From Anthoceros angustus (Eukaryota > Plantae > Anthocerotophyta), in assembly GCA_010909165.1 (NCBI GenBank), contig MU008179.1, positions 372,001 to 436,000 on the forward strand: a DNA stretch of 64,000 nt, read 5' to 3'. The notes beneath the pieces are model-generated. The model saw nothing but the letters and a program-made list of their open reading frames with translations, was not told the origin of the DNA and made no database searches. The translations under genes and the position numbers were made by a program. Of this stretch, positions 24,862 through 39,040 are shown piece by piece (positions within the stretch are counted from its first letter, which is position 1; each line of letters begins with the position of its first letter).

Positions 24862-27800
24862 TGTGGAGTGTGGATTCGTGTCCAGGGACACCGTGAGGTC
24901 CACATTCACCCTCAATGTCGTTGTAGCCTTAGGATTCGCTCCCAAGGGAATGGTTTGTGCCAAGAGACGCTAACACCTATCGCTACTGCCCTTCACCTAA
25001 GTCAAGACTTACTTGCTATTACCCCCCTTACCTATCTACTCAACCACTACTACCCCCCGAATGGTCTAGCCACCACGGCTCTTATTCCACGACAAATCTC
25101 ATTCCACGACAAATCTCATTCCACGGTGCTCTCACCGGTAGTTGCTTGACCACCGAGGTGGGTCCCACACCCAAACCCTAGCGACTTATTTCCTCCTCCT
25201 CGCTCAACTCCTCCAAAGTCGCCTCCGCATAATAGGGAGCCAACCCCACAGGCGTGGGTGCCGCGGATCCGGCTTTATTCGCACTCCACACTTCATGCAC
25301 ACACACACGATTCCTAGGGACCTAAATTCCACAAATCCTCACGCTCCACACACACACAAAGGCGCCACACTCACACAACTTTACAAGGAGCTGTTCCCCT
25401 TGCATGCCTTCCACCACCGGTTTGGTTTCTTTTGGATTCACACAATTCTCCTTTGCTAGCCTCTCAATTAGTTCCCTTCTCAACCCCTCTCACACCTCGC
25501 GCCAGCGTCTGTTTAGTCACTCCTTCACCCAATCTTCTCCTCTCTCTCTCTCCCTCAACTCGCCGAGCTTCCAACCATCCACTCAACACTTCTCGCAATT
25601 GAACACAACTAGGGACAAGTGTGAAGGAAAGAAGAACCCCAGGCGTCACGAGGCGTTGAGCAAGCTCCGGACCGCCCCGCGCCAATCCCTTGGTTTCCTC
25701 CTCCTTTGTCGGCCAAGATTGCTTTCACCCCTCCTCCCAGTGCGGGCAAGCTCTCGACCACCCCTAGGGCGTCTCGCGCCCACCTCACGATCGGACGTCT
25801 CCAACCAGCCACAGGCGTGGGGATCTCAACCAGTGCTCGGCGTGAGGGACCTAATTCGCCCCTCTTATACATCGGTGGGGCACCACCGGATTTTAGGTCC
25901 TAAGATGGCTATCGCGAAGGGCGCCCACAATTCGGAGCGATCCTAGGTCGGTCGACATCCTAACCAAATTATCTTTAGGTTGCTACCACCTCGGCCCTCG
26001 CTGTCTGCGCGCCCTACCTCGACTTGGCCGTCAGCCTCGTCCTCCATTCTGCCGCCACGAGCTCTCCCGCGCCCGGTCGGACGGGTTCTCCCACACTACT
26101 TCCACCTCACATCGCTGCTGGGCGTCCGAATTTGAGGTGTACCACAGGGCTTCGCATCTTCCGCTGGCCGCCTATTCGAGGATTATTCGGCTCCTCGTCC
26201 ACCCAAGCTGGACCTCCTCCTCGCTCAACTCCTCCAAAGTCGCCTCCGCATAATAGGGAGCCAACCCCCACAGGCGCGGTGGTAGAAGTATGCACTTGGT
26301 CCTCACTTGCGATGGTAGGCCACAGTCCCTCCTATTTCCACACGCACATGGGCGGTGAGGTTAAGCCGCGTTCTCCATTCACATATAGACCGGGCACATA
26401 AGTTTCCTCATCCATGTGCCGTAATATAATAGGACCCCTACTGCGGTGAGGTGCTTACCCCTCCTCCGTAGGCTACACAGTTGCTGGCCTATGTCCTCGC
26501 GGGCGCCACGTCGCATCACTGCGCCCCGGCCCTGCCTGCTTCCGGGTTGGTTGCGCCAATGTCGGTAGCGGTTTCGACTACCGCGGTAGTGGACTCCACG
26601 ACCGTCGTTCGTTCAGCAACCGCGGTAGGTGAGGTTTCGGCTACCTCGGTTGCTGCTTCCTTCCGCTCGGTAGGCCCTTCCGCTACTCGATCGTGGTCAC
26701 GCTACCGCTTCCCTTCCCTTTGTCTTTTACGGCGGCCCGCGTGCCTCATCCGCTCCGCTTATATCGCTCCGCTAGCTTATGGGCCTTTTCCACGAGGCCG
26801 CTTCACGCTCTGGGCTGCAACAACTCCCCTGCATCTCTGGTTCGCCTCGTGGGCATCCTTAATTTGAGCCATGAGTGCTTCCTGCTCGTCATGGCTTGCA
26901 ACTTCTCACAGGCCTGCACAAATCTTCTTGAATCTTGGCCCTTATTTCCTCTAGGTTCCGCTTGTCTTCCTCCGATTGCTTGCGCTTGGCCTCCTCTTCG
27001 TCAAACTGGCCTTCACCACTTCCTCCGTCGCCCCCTGAGCGGTGAGAGCTAAAGCCGCTTGATCCAACAAATGCTTGGGCCCGGATCATCGGCGTGGTCG
27101 GCTCACTGCAAGTCCACTTGTTGTGGCGGCCGCCATCCCTCATCGAGAACTTTCCTCCCCAGGTGCGCACCCTCACCAATTCGGTTGCATCCACCTCTGT
27201 TGCGGTGGAGTCCCTTGAAAATCTCTTCCCATCTTTGAGGAGGGTCCGCCTCGAGGTCGACCCTAAACCCTCGGAGTTGATTCATCATCGCATCCAGTCG
27301 GCAAAATTGTCCTCGGATCGCGCCTCCTCTTGCCACCTCAAGCTGCGTTTGGCTTTCATTTCTGTGGCGGCCCCGGCCGCCATCCCTCGAGAACTTTCCT
27401 CCCAGTGCGCACCCTCACCAATTCGGTTGCATCCACCTCTGTTGCGGTGGAGTCCCTTGAAAATCTCTTCCCATCTTTGAGGAGGGTCCGCCTCGAGGTC
27501 GACCCTAAACCCTCGGAGTTGATTCATCATCGCATCCAGTCGGCAAAATTGTCCTCGGATCGCGCCTCCTCTTCGCCACCTCAAGCTGCGTTTGGCTTTC
27601 ATTTACATGGCGCCCGTTTTCGACACAGTGGGCGCATCCGCTCACCTTTTTGATGCCGCCTTCACCCCGGTCTTCCTCCTTTTCTTTGGTGGGAATTTCC
27701 TTCTCCTCCTCAGGCGCCTGTCGCCACCGACTCCCAGCTATCCGATTTTTCCTCCTTGGGCTCCTCCGCCTTCCATTTCACCTCCCTAACGGCTTCCACA

Positions 27801-30800
27801 TGTGGAGGCTACAATCTCCACCTCTGGCGGGGCAGTTAGCGTAAACATAAAGATGGACGAAATGGTGAGATTAGAGAGGCCGAGGCGGAAATCAAGTTCA
27901 ACCTCTCTTCACACAACTTGAGAGAATTCGCTAATCGATCTTCGCCCCTTGACCACTTCATGAAGGAGCGGCGGCAAGTGGTCGGACAAATAATCACCGC
28001 TTCTTGTCTTTGCGAGGCCAAAACCGGCGGACCCATCAAGCTGCTGTTGCCAAATCCCTCGTCAACGGCCGTTGGGTTCGCGCCCGCTTTAACGGGCGGC
28101 TGCTTTGCCGTGCTTCTTTTCTGGGCGGCTCCATCACCAACCGCCCGCCTCCTCCTTGCCCGCCCATACACCCTTCTAACTCCGGTCCCAATCCTGCGGC
28201 TCTAAATCCCCTTTGGTCTGTTTGGGTGGCGCGCACCTCCCGTCCAGTTCATGTAATTCCACCGCTCTTCCATGAAACCCGGCTCCTTCACAGCTCACTC
28301 GAACTTTCCAATGATCCATGTTCGGCCATTGGGCAAGCACAATTTTGGTGACCTTGGCGCCATCCCTCTCACGGTCTTCTGGTCTCGCGCCCACAACGCC
28401 ACCTCGCTGCGAATTTCACGGAGGTCGGTCTCGGTTCCTACCTCCTCGGCAAGGGCGCGTGCATCGCGCCTTCCTCCTCTGCGTCGCGCCTCGCGATATG
28501 GCGCGGGGGTTGAGCTCCTTCCCGCCTCTCCTCGCGCCTCCTGCGATCACGGTGCCCCGGACACAGCTCCTCGACTTCGTCGCGCTTCAGCCGTCGTCGC
28601 GCTCCGCCGCTCGCTCCCGTCCAGCCGCCGTTGCGCTCCGTTGTTTGAACGGGATTCTGTCATTTCCTAGGGTTAAGTTTCCCAGGTCCCCTACTCCTGT
28701 TCGACCTCTACGACCGCTTCCCCACATCCCAATCCACAACCTCACACTCATTCGGCTACCGCCGCGTCGGTCGACCCCAACTTATAGACTCTAATTATTC
28801 CAAACCCCCCCCCTATCTCACATATATAGACTCTTTTTTAGGGAACATTCCGAGTCCATGGGCCAAGGAACACCAAATTCCGGACCATTTATTTTCTAAC
28901 CTAGGCAATAAAACAAAAAGAACTCCATAGGCCAAGGACATTTTACTATGAATATCCCCAACTCTAATCAATCGACTTATTTTCACACCACTCAAAAAAC
29001 AAAAAATTCACTTGAGGCACATTTTTGAGTTTCGAGACTAGATCGTTTACATACTCCCTTCTCATTTGTTGGCGTCCCGCCAACTTATGTATAATACTTC
29101 TTGACCCTCCACCCATTGACTCGGGTGGTAGTGGAGGTCCACCTTCTTGCGGTTATCGAGCCATTCTTTGAAGACTTGAGAACCCTATATGGCCCCATCC
29201 ATCGAAGGTGGAGCTTGGAAAGTGCATGTACCTATTGTATGCAATGAGGCCAAGTCACAGAATCTACCCACTCTTGCTTCCAATTGTCATGCCATATTTT
29301 CCGTTTCGCTTTGAATATCACGCATGACGCTCAGCCTTCCCTATCCTGTATGTTTAGCGAAGGACCCGGGCGTTCGGTGACTTTCCTCTCGCCATGCGGT
29401 TAGTTTCCTGGATCGCGGTGGGAATTTCAAACTCAATAGGCATTAGGAGAATGGCCGTAGGTGAGGTAGTGGTGTTTGTTGCGTTGTTATTTTCTGCGAT
29501 CCTGTATGCCGGGCGAGTGAAGCTTAAGATCCCGATCGTGCGTATTCCACCGTTAGCTTGTTGAGGATCACCGCAAGAGCCCATTCGCCTTTTCCGTTAA
29601 GCCATTTGCCTTGGGATTATAAGGAGTCGTTTTCTGTGTGACGTTGAAGTAGATCGTCATATGAGATATAACCGTTGTGAAATGTGACCCTCTGTCGTGA
29701 CAAGCTCCAAGGGACACCATATCGAGTGATAATCATTAGGAACTGGCCACTACATGAGCATGTCTACTGCGGTGCTTGGGCTTCCACCATACGCGTGCAA
29801 TAGTCGTGGCCACGAGGATGTATTGGTTTTGTCGCGTCCTCGTTTTTTGTATGGGACCAACAAAGTCTATTCCCCATTTCTCGAATGGCGCCGGGCCAAT
29901 ATCGGAACCATTGGCCATTGAGTGGTTGCGACGGTTTCCCAACCCTCGAGCATCGCGTTTAACAAACTCCTAGCATCACGATGCATGGTTTGCCACCGAT
30001 ACCCGTTTCAAGCACCTTCTTGCACGTGATATGTGCGGCAAAATGTCCTCCGCTTCCCCTCGTGCATCTCCGTCGGCTCGGATAACTGCTCCTTGTTACC
30101 CATAACTTTGTCCATCCGGTCCCGACCGTACAGATTGTCGGCTGCATACAACGGACGCGAATAGTGCCTAGCCTTTGGGTTTGAAAGATCCGATGGTATT
30201 TTCCCGTTCCAAGAATTCCATCATCTCCTCGTGAGTGGGCCTTGTGTATCCGTTCTCCCTTCTCATTTCTGCCGAGCCACCATTTACCCTCGCCTTATGG
30301 TTGTGCGCTTCCCCTCTAACTACATGACAGAGCTTCATCGGAAAATCGTCGTTTTGGTCTGTAACCTCCTCTGTTTTCGACCTCGAAATGTAATGCATTC
30401 ACATGTTTACTCCCTCCTCTGGTCTCCACCGTGAGCGTGAATTCTTGCGGAGTAGGATCCATCTTGCTATGCGTCCGGACAAGTCGGTTTGTTTACGGTG
30501 TTTGAGGCGAAGTGGTCCACATGGAAGGCACTCGTGGGATAGCAAATAGTGGCGAAACTTGCGAACCGAGTACACCATCCCTAGCGCCTCCTCTCGGTGG
30601 TGGTATACTTCTTCTGCGTCGTGAGCTGCCTCCTGCATAATAGATTGGATAATCGTGCTTCTTGTCATCCCTTTGGCTTAGAATGGTACCGATTGCATAG
30701 GCGGCGTCTACAAACACGTGGAACTTCTTGCCGGTCGCAGCGTGGGTGTGATCGGTGGTGCGAAGATCATTGAAGGCCTCCTCTCGTTTTGCGTCCATTC

Positions 30801-33800
30801 CACTCCTGGTCCTTGCGAAGCAATTACATGCGGGCCTTACGGAGAAATTCTTCACAAACCTTGATAATAGCCTACCATTCCGAGGAATCCCTAAGCTCCT
30901 TGATTGTGGTAGGTGGCTTGAGGCGGTAATGATTTTGACCTTATCCGGTCGACCTCTATCCCCAGCAATCGGTGCCCCAACAAAATACCCTCGGCATGCC
31001 GAAATAACATTTCTCGGGATGTAGACACAATTGTGCTGACACTTCGGACATTTGCGAAGGTGGTTGAGGTGATCTTCGCTGCTCAAACACGCGAAGTCAT
31101 CCGGAAGACCTCCATGAAGTCCCTAAGGTATTCCTTGAAAATCTTGACAATCGCATGAAGGATCCTGCCCTGTTAATCCGAGCACTCCGTTTGTAGGCAT
31201 AGGTTCCCGATCATAGTGAAATTTGGGGCCAATCACTCTCCACGAGATGTGGTGGTTATACCGAATACCCATCCGAGCAGGTAGACCATTCTCCCTGCAA
31301 CTAAGTCCGATGTTGTCTATGAATGGAAGCGGGTAATGGTCTTTTTGGTCACCTTGTTTAACTTCCTCCAATCACAGCGGACCGTATCTTCCCTTACGCT
31401 TTTGGGAACCACCACAATTGGGGCTACCCACTCCGATGTCACAATAGGATATATGGCGTCATAAGTAGAGCTCCAATTGTTCCTTTACCTTGAATACTTT
31501 GGATTTAGCTTGTATTGCGGTATCCGGTGACACGGCTCGAGATCAATCTTGTGCTCCCCACTCCCTCGGTATACCCTTCATGTCGTAACGTCAAAAGCAA
31601 AACGTGGATAAATTCCATGTATTTGTTTCATACCCCTTTCCAAGTCTGCATTCATCCTGTTCGAAAACTTAAGGACCTTGCCGGGCAACACTTCCACATC
31701 CTTGACCTCATCATGCACCCACTCTCTCCACCGGCGGATGTGATGCGAACCCTTCCTCCTTGTCTTGGTTCTCCTTGGCGCATTCCCCATTCCGGAATAG
31801 GTCGTCGAGGTAAAGCGTGAGACACCCTCCTCGCACCCTCGAGTTTGTCGGATCGTCGCTCGGCCACCTCTACTTCTTGTTCCTCGACCTCGTCCGGTCT
31901 CCTCGGTCCGACCACCGGGTTGTCAATTGTGACTCCATAGCACCCTAATAGGTTGATGGAATGGGAATATCTCTCCGTGTCGTCCTCTTCATCGACCACG
32001 AAATATGTGCGAATGGGAATTTCTCCTTCTCATCCTCTCCCAGAGGTATCTTGAGGTGTATCCCTCCGTTTGTGGGTGTCTCCCTGCGTCGTATCTCTGC
32101 TCCAAGTCAAACATATCCTTCCTCCTTAATTTTGGGGTCCCGTCCGGTTTGAATCCCACTTCCTTTCTCGCCCCATTTGAAGGTGCAACGTGCCCCATAC
32201 ATCCATGTGTTAGTCAATGAGAACCTCATACCTGGCGCTTTTTGTTTAATGACCACGTAGTCCATGAGTGCGGAATGGTACCAATATGGGTTAGGACTCC
32301 GTCCTCCCCTCGCCATTTTGGACATGTCCGCCAACACCTTTGATGTATGTTCTATATCGCAACCCAAGCTTAGGCGGTCTCCTCTGTCATGATGTTGACT
32401 CGACCGGAATCTAGCGGCACCTTCTTGATTACACATCCATAATTTCTATCTAGCTCAGACACAGTCCATCATGGCCACCATATTCACATTTGCCTTGGGG
32501 TGGAAAGGTTCCGTCTCTTCTTGGGTTGTGCCGCCTTCAATGCACAGTTCTTTGGCAGCTGATTGTCACGAGAGGCGACGTTATCATGAACTTTTGGTCC
32601 ATGATAGCGTCATAAATTGAAAGGAACACTGTGCTTTTCTCTCCTTGCCAACCCCACCGTCATTTCGGCCGCATGATGGTTTTGATGTTGCGGTCGTTGA
32701 AAACTGGCGTAGGTGGGTCGGTGGTCATGGCCAAAAGGTACGGAGTCTGTTCGATTCTTGTCGGATCATATCCATAACCTTCCCGACATCGGGCGGAAGC
32801 GACTCATCCTTTTTCCTCTTGCGGGTTTTCGCCCCATGTGTCGACTCGAGTCCCTGCCGTCGTCCTTGTTTGCACTTCACCCTCGAATCCGGTCTCTCTC
32901 TAAGGGAGTTACACGTGATGCCATCCGAAATCGCAACCTCGCGTTAAGTGTGGCGTTCGTGCCTTGCTCCCCGTCCGCTGGATTCGCATGCCCTTTTCTT
33001 TTTTCGCTGACTCCCATACCGAGTCCCTCGTCAGATTTTTGTGGTTGGACTTCTCTTCCTTCCCCGCCTGATGAAGACGCCTCTTCCTCCTCACTTGCGG
33101 ACGTTATGGAAGCTCCCACTCCGTTCTTCTTCCTTTTTTTCCCTCGCTCCCCCCTTCTTAGGGTGTCCGCCTTCCTCTCGCTCGCGTCCAGCGCCATCGC
33201 GGAGTTCCGTAATACCCACTATCCACATCCCCAACCCTTCCGGGCTCCTCGGTGCAGCCTCGGAATCCTCCCATACTGACCATGAGCGCATCTTGACTTG
33301 CATTGCGGCAGGCTTTCTTTGTCGGGGGTGGGTCATGGGAGGTTGAGCGATCCTCACTGTTTTCGGTGTCTGGGAGGGCCAGCTGCGTGACTGATTGCTT
33401 GCATCCACACACCTTTCAAAATCACCATTCCCGGCGAGATGCGGAGGGGCATCCAGCAAGATGCGAACCCTCGGCAATTGTAACACCGACGGCACTCATT
33501 TGCGGGGTTCCTTGCCATCGATTGCGAATGCCCATGCCGTGGGTTTCGCAAACTCGAGGTACAAAGTTTTGGTACCCAGAGATCGGTGTTGCCTCTTGAA
33601 TTTGGTATGTATCTTCCAAGCACATCTCCTCATCCTCTTCCTCGTAGCCCGATGGTTGCACTTTTGTTTGTGGGCAGTTCGACCTCGAGTGCCCTGCTGT
33701 CCACAAGTTGAGCGAAGAGATTCGCCGCTCCGGTAGCAACCCTTCTTCTATCATGGTCCTTGATGGCATTAAGATGGAGTTTCTCCGGTTTGACCATCAT

Positions 33801-36800
33801 TTCCTCCATCTTGTTCCTTGTTGCTCCACTTTTTGGCTGTTTCCACCTCTCTTCTCACACTCCGCGTCCTTTCGTGCATATAGCGGCTCCTTCCCTTTTG
33901 CACGTCTTGTTTCCCGATCATTTTTCCCTTCTTCCTTCTATCCCTTGATTCGCTCACCTTCGGCGAATTCTCCTCCGAATCCTCATTGGTCTCCTCTTGG
34001 TGGAGCTACCGAGTCGGTTGAAAACTATCCTCCTCCAGCGGCATCGAGGAGAATAGTACTTCTTCTTCTTTTGTATTTCTTTTTGTCCTTCCGTGCGCCC
34101 TTGTTGAGTTCTTCTTCTCTTCCGCGTTGGACTCCTCATAGTTCGAGCGGCTTTAATCGATCCAAATCTTTCTCGGCTGGACGCGTGCCTTCCCATCTCG
34201 CGCCCAATCCTCTTGCAAACCATGAATGGCCATTAGCTCAGTGCGGACCGGCCCGATCCGTGTGTGGAACCTTTCCACATAAGCTGCGGGGTCTCCTTCT
34301 TCCCTCTCCGCAATCCCTCCAACTTGGACAGACATATCCTTCCACATCGACCCCTCACAGATCTTTCACAAAAGCTCTCTTGAGGCCCCAAAGTAGGCGG
34401 GGTGTGGAAGAAGCTATGTACTCCGCTTGTACCACTTGGCCGCGCTCCGTAAGACTCCATAAAGCAGTGGGCACGATCGCATCCTCACGGTTGGCAAGCG
34501 TCAGCTCAAAACGCTCGACAAACTCGTCGGGATCCTCATGGCCCTTCTTTTCTCCATACAGCGGGTAAGATTGCTTAGTAGTAACGACGAGATCGCCATA
34601 ACTACCGGGTAGTACTTTCAAAATCGGTAGTTGGGCCACTAAATGCGGGTGACCTCTACATTCACGAAGTTGTTGGCTGCGGCGGATCTAGGCAATGGGC
34701 GAGATCAAAAGACAAGGTGGAATCGGGTACCGGCCCTTGTACCGCTCGTAGTCGAGTTGGGAATCGAATCCGTTAAGATCCGATCCCTAGTTCCGAGTTG
34801 ACTCCTGCCCCCTTCCTCGTCCAAAGTGTGATCTCCGCGTGCTCTCCTCGTAACTCTCGCAATCTTTCCGCTTGGCGTTGCCGTCTTGCGAGCGTTTCCC
34901 CAGTCGGATCGAATCGCTTGTCTCCACCCGAGGCATCCATCAATCTAGTAATGCTAGACTCTCGTAAGCTAGGTTAGTCCTTCCTCGTCCTTGACGATTC
35001 CATTCCCGGCAGCGGCGCCAAAATGTGGAGTGTGGATTCGTGTCCGGGGACACCGTGAGGTCCACATTCACCCTCAATGTCGTTGTAGGCTTAGGATTCG
35101 CTCCCAAGGGAATGGTTTGTGCCAAGAGGCGCTAACTTCTATCGCTCGACCTTCACCTAAGTCAAGACTTACTGCTACTCCCCCTTACCTATCTACTCAA
35201 CCACTACTACCCCGGTCTAGCCACCACTCTTATTCCACGATCTCATTCCGCAAATCTCTCATTCCACGACCGCGGTGTTCTCACGGTAGTTGCTTACCGA
35301 GGTGGGTCCCACACCAAACCCTAGCGACTTATTTCCGGCCGCGCGGATCCACGGCGTCCACTGCGGATCCGGCTTTGTGCACTCCACACTTCACACACCG
35401 ATTCCTAGGGACCTAAATTCCACAAATCCTCACGCTCCACACACACACACAAGGCGCCACACTCACACATTTTACAGACTGTTTTGCACGCTTCCACCAG
35501 CGGTTTGGTTTCTTTTGGATTCACACAATTCTCCACCTTCTCTCAATTAGTTCCCTTCTCAACCCTCTCACACCTCGCATCGCGTCTGATGTTTAGTCAC
35601 TCCTTCACCCAATCTTCTCCTCTCTCTCTCTCCCTCAATTCGCCCGAGCTTCCAACCATCCACTCAACACTCTCGCAATTGAACACAACTAGCGGACAAG
35701 TGTGAAGGAAAAAGAACCCCAGGCGTCACGGCGCGCGAGCAAGCTCCGGACCGCCCCGCCAATCCCTTGGTTTCCTCCTCCTTTGTCGGCAAGATTGCTT
35801 ATCACCCCTCCTCCCCAGTGGAGCAAGCTCTCGACCACCCCTAGGGCGTCGCGCACCACCTCATCGGACGTCTCCAACCAGCCACAGGCGTGGGGATCTC
35901 AACCGAGTTGCTCGGCGTGAGGGACCTAATTCGCCCCTCTTATACATTTGGGGCACCTGCCCCGGATTTTAGGTCCTAAGATGGCTATCACGAAGGCGCG
36001 CCCACAATTCGGGCGATCCTAGGTCGATCGACATCCTAACCAAATTATCTTTAGGTTGCTACCACCTCACTCGCTGTCTGCGCCCTACCTCGACTCGTCA
36101 GCCTCGTCCTCCATTCTGCCGCCACGAGCTCTCCCGCCGCTGGTCGGACGGGTTCTCCCACACTACTTCCACCTCACTGCTGGGCGTCATTTGAGGTGTA
36201 CCACCTGGGCTTCCGCATCTTCCGGCCGCCTATTCGAGGATTATTCGGCTCCTCGTCCACCCAAGCTGGACCTCCTCCTCGCTCAACTCCTCCAAAGTCG
36301 CCTCCGCATAATAGGAGCCAACCCCCCCAGCGCGGTGGTAGAAGTATGCACTTGGTCCTCACTTGCGAGGTAGGCCACATCCCTCCTATTTCCACACGCA
36401 CATGGGCGGTGAGGTTAAGCCGCGTTCTCCATTCACATATAGACCGAGCACATAAGTTTCCTCATCCATGTGCCGTAATATAATAGGACCCTGCTGCGGT
36501 GAGGTGCTTACCCCTCCTCCGTAGGCTACACAGTTGCTGGTGTCCTCGCGAGGCGCCACGTCGCCTCACTCGCCCCCCCTGCACCGGGGTTGGTTGCGCC
36601 AATGTCGGTGCGGTTTTACTACGCGGTAGTGGACTCCACGGCCGTCGTTCGTTCGACAACCGGTAGGTGAGGTTTCGGCTACCTCGGTTCTTTGCTTCCT
36701 TCTCGGTAGGCCCTTCCGCTACTCGATCGTGGTCCTGCTACCCCGCTTCCCTTCCCTTTGTCTTTTGGCCCGTACGTGCCTCATCCGCTCCGCTTATATC

Positions 36801-38831
36801 GCTCGCTAGCTTATGGGCCTTTTCCCGAGGCCGCTTCACGCTCTGGGCTCGCAACAACTCCCCTGCATCTCTGGTTCGTCTCGTGGGCATCCTTAATTTG
36901 AGCCATGAGTGCTTCCTGCTGGCTCGTCATGGCTTGCAACTTCTCACAGGCCTGCACAAATCTTCTTGAATCTTGGCCCTTATTTCCTCTAGGTTCCGCT
37001 TGTCTTCCTCCGGTTGCTTGCTTGGCCTCCTCCGTCAAACTGGCCTTCACCACTTCCTCCGTCGCGCACCGAGCCGGTGAGAGCTAAAGCCGCTTGATCC
37101 AACAAATGCTTGGGCGGATCATCGGCGTGGTCGGCTCACTGCAAGTCCACTTGTTGTGGCGGCCCCAGACGCCATCCCTCTGTCGAGAACTTTCCTCCCA
37201 GAGTGCGCACCCTCACCAATTCGGTTGCATCCACCTCTGTTGCGGTGGAGTCCCTTGAAAATCTCTTCCCATCTTTGAGGAGGGTCCGCCTCGAGGTCGA
37301 CCCTAAACCCTCCGGAGTTGATTCATCATCGCATCCAGTCGGCAAAATTGTCCTCGGATCGCGCCTCCTCTTCACCTCCAAGCTGCGTTTGGCTTTCATT
37401 TCTGTAGCGGCCTTTTTCGACACAGTGGTAGCGCATCCCTTCACCTTTTTGATGCCGCCTTCACCCCGGTCTTCCTCCTTTTCTTTGGTGGGAATTTCCT
37501 TCTCCTCCTCCAGCTGTCGCCACTCCCGGCTATCCGATTTTTCCTCCTTGGGCTCCTCCGCCTTCCATTTCACCTCCCTAGCGGCTTCCACATGTGGAGG
37601 AGGCTACAATCTCCACCTCACGGGGCATTAGCGTAAACATAAAGATGGACGAAATGGTGAGATTAGAGAGGCCGAGGCGGAGAAATCAAGTTCAACCTCT
37701 CTTCACACAACTTGTCGAATTCGCTAATCGATCTTCGCCCCTTGACCACTTCATGAAGGAAGCGGCGGCAAGTGGTCGGACAAATAATCCACTTCTTGTC
37801 TGCGAGAAACGCATGGCGGACCCATCAAGCTGCTGCCAAATCCCTCGTCAACCCGGCCGTTGGGTTAGTCGCTTTAACCGGGCGGCTGCTTCTTGCCGTG
37901 CTTCTTTTCTGGGCGGCTCCATCACCAACCCGCCTCCTCCTTGCTTCGCCCGCCACCCTTCTAACCAACTCCGGTCCCAATCCTGCGGCCGCTCTAAATC
38001 CCGCTTTGGTTGTCCGTGTGCGCGCACTCCGCACGTCCAGTTCATGTAATTCCACCGCTCTTCCATGAAACCCGGCTTGACTCCTTCACGACTCCCAGCT
38101 CGAACTTTCCAATGATCCATGTTCGGCCATTGGGCAAGCACAATTCGGTGGTGACCTTGGCGCCATCCTCTCACGGTCTTCACGGTCTCGCGCCACAAAC
38201 CGCGCCACCTCGCTGCGAATTTCACGGAGGTCGGTCTCGGGTTCCTACCTCCTCGGCGGGCGCTGTCTGTCGCGCCTTCCTCCTCTGCGTCGCGCCTCGC
38301 GATGTCGGACGGGGTTGAGCTCCTTCCCGTCGTTGCGCCTCGCGCCTCCTGTGATCACGGTGCCCCGGACCGGCTCCTCGACCGTCGCGCTTGTGTCGCG
38401 CTCCGCCGCTCGCTCCGTCCGGCCGCCGTTGCGCTCCGTTGTTTGAGCGGGATTGTCATTTCCTAGGGTTAAGTTTCCCGGTTCCCCTACTCTGTTCGAC
38501 CTCGACCGCTTCCACATCCCAATCCACAACCCCACACTCATTCGGCTACCCGCTTGACCCCAACTTATAGACTCTAATTATTCCAAACCCCCTATCTCAC
38601 ATATATAGACTTTTTAGGAACATTCCGAGTCCATGGGCCAAGGAACACCAAATTCCGGACCATTTATTTTCTAACCTAGGCAATAAAACAAAAGAACTCC
38701 ATAGGCCAAGGACATTTTACTATGAATATCCCCAACTACCGTCAATCGACTTATTTTCACACCACTTCGGTAAAAAACAAAAATTCACTTGAGGCACATT
38801 TTAGAGGGGTTTCGAGACTAGATCGTTTACA
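24862..38831 (-). mobile_element. Ty3/Gypsy non-chromovirus (Athila-like) LTR retrotransposon, both LTRs present
   Basis: LTRs 24862-29051 and 35024-38831 (TG...CA); PBS TGGCGCCGCTGCCGGGA (tRNA-Asp type) at 35004-35020 on minus; PPT GAGAAGGGAG next to 29051; CACTTG on both flanks (one extra base on the right). Confidence 0.9.
29100..34640 (-). pseudogene. Gypsy gag-pol, heavily frameshifted
   Basis: gag (EDPDEFVERFE), RT (WVAPIVVVPK, KDHYPLPFID), RNase H (KFHVFVDA, AIGTILSQ), integrase (PFEKWGIDFVGP, GPYRVL, RVNGWRVK); no chromodomain seen. Confidence 0.85.
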
Positions 38832-39040
38832 ACACTTGACCCTCGCTAAAATTGCGTTGAACAAACTGCACATGACCTTTTTGCGCCGGCACAAGGTGCA
38901 TCATCCCGCTCCGGCAGCCCAGCGGAGGGCCGGTCCCTCAACGTCGCCAATCCACACGGGAGCGTCGGGCTCCCGTTCGTTGGTCACCTGAGCCCCCCGT
39001 ATCTAGATCCCGTATACGTACACGGGCACTTACAGATATT

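Noticed and set aside
24166-24963. Independent host gene in ORFs 24166-24744 and 24511-24963
   Set aside because: Explained as Copia integrase C-terminus/linker and read-through into the Gypsy LTR.
29051-29200. env-like ORF or chromodomain in the Gypsy element
   Set aside because: Integrase runs almost to the PPT, leaving no room for either.
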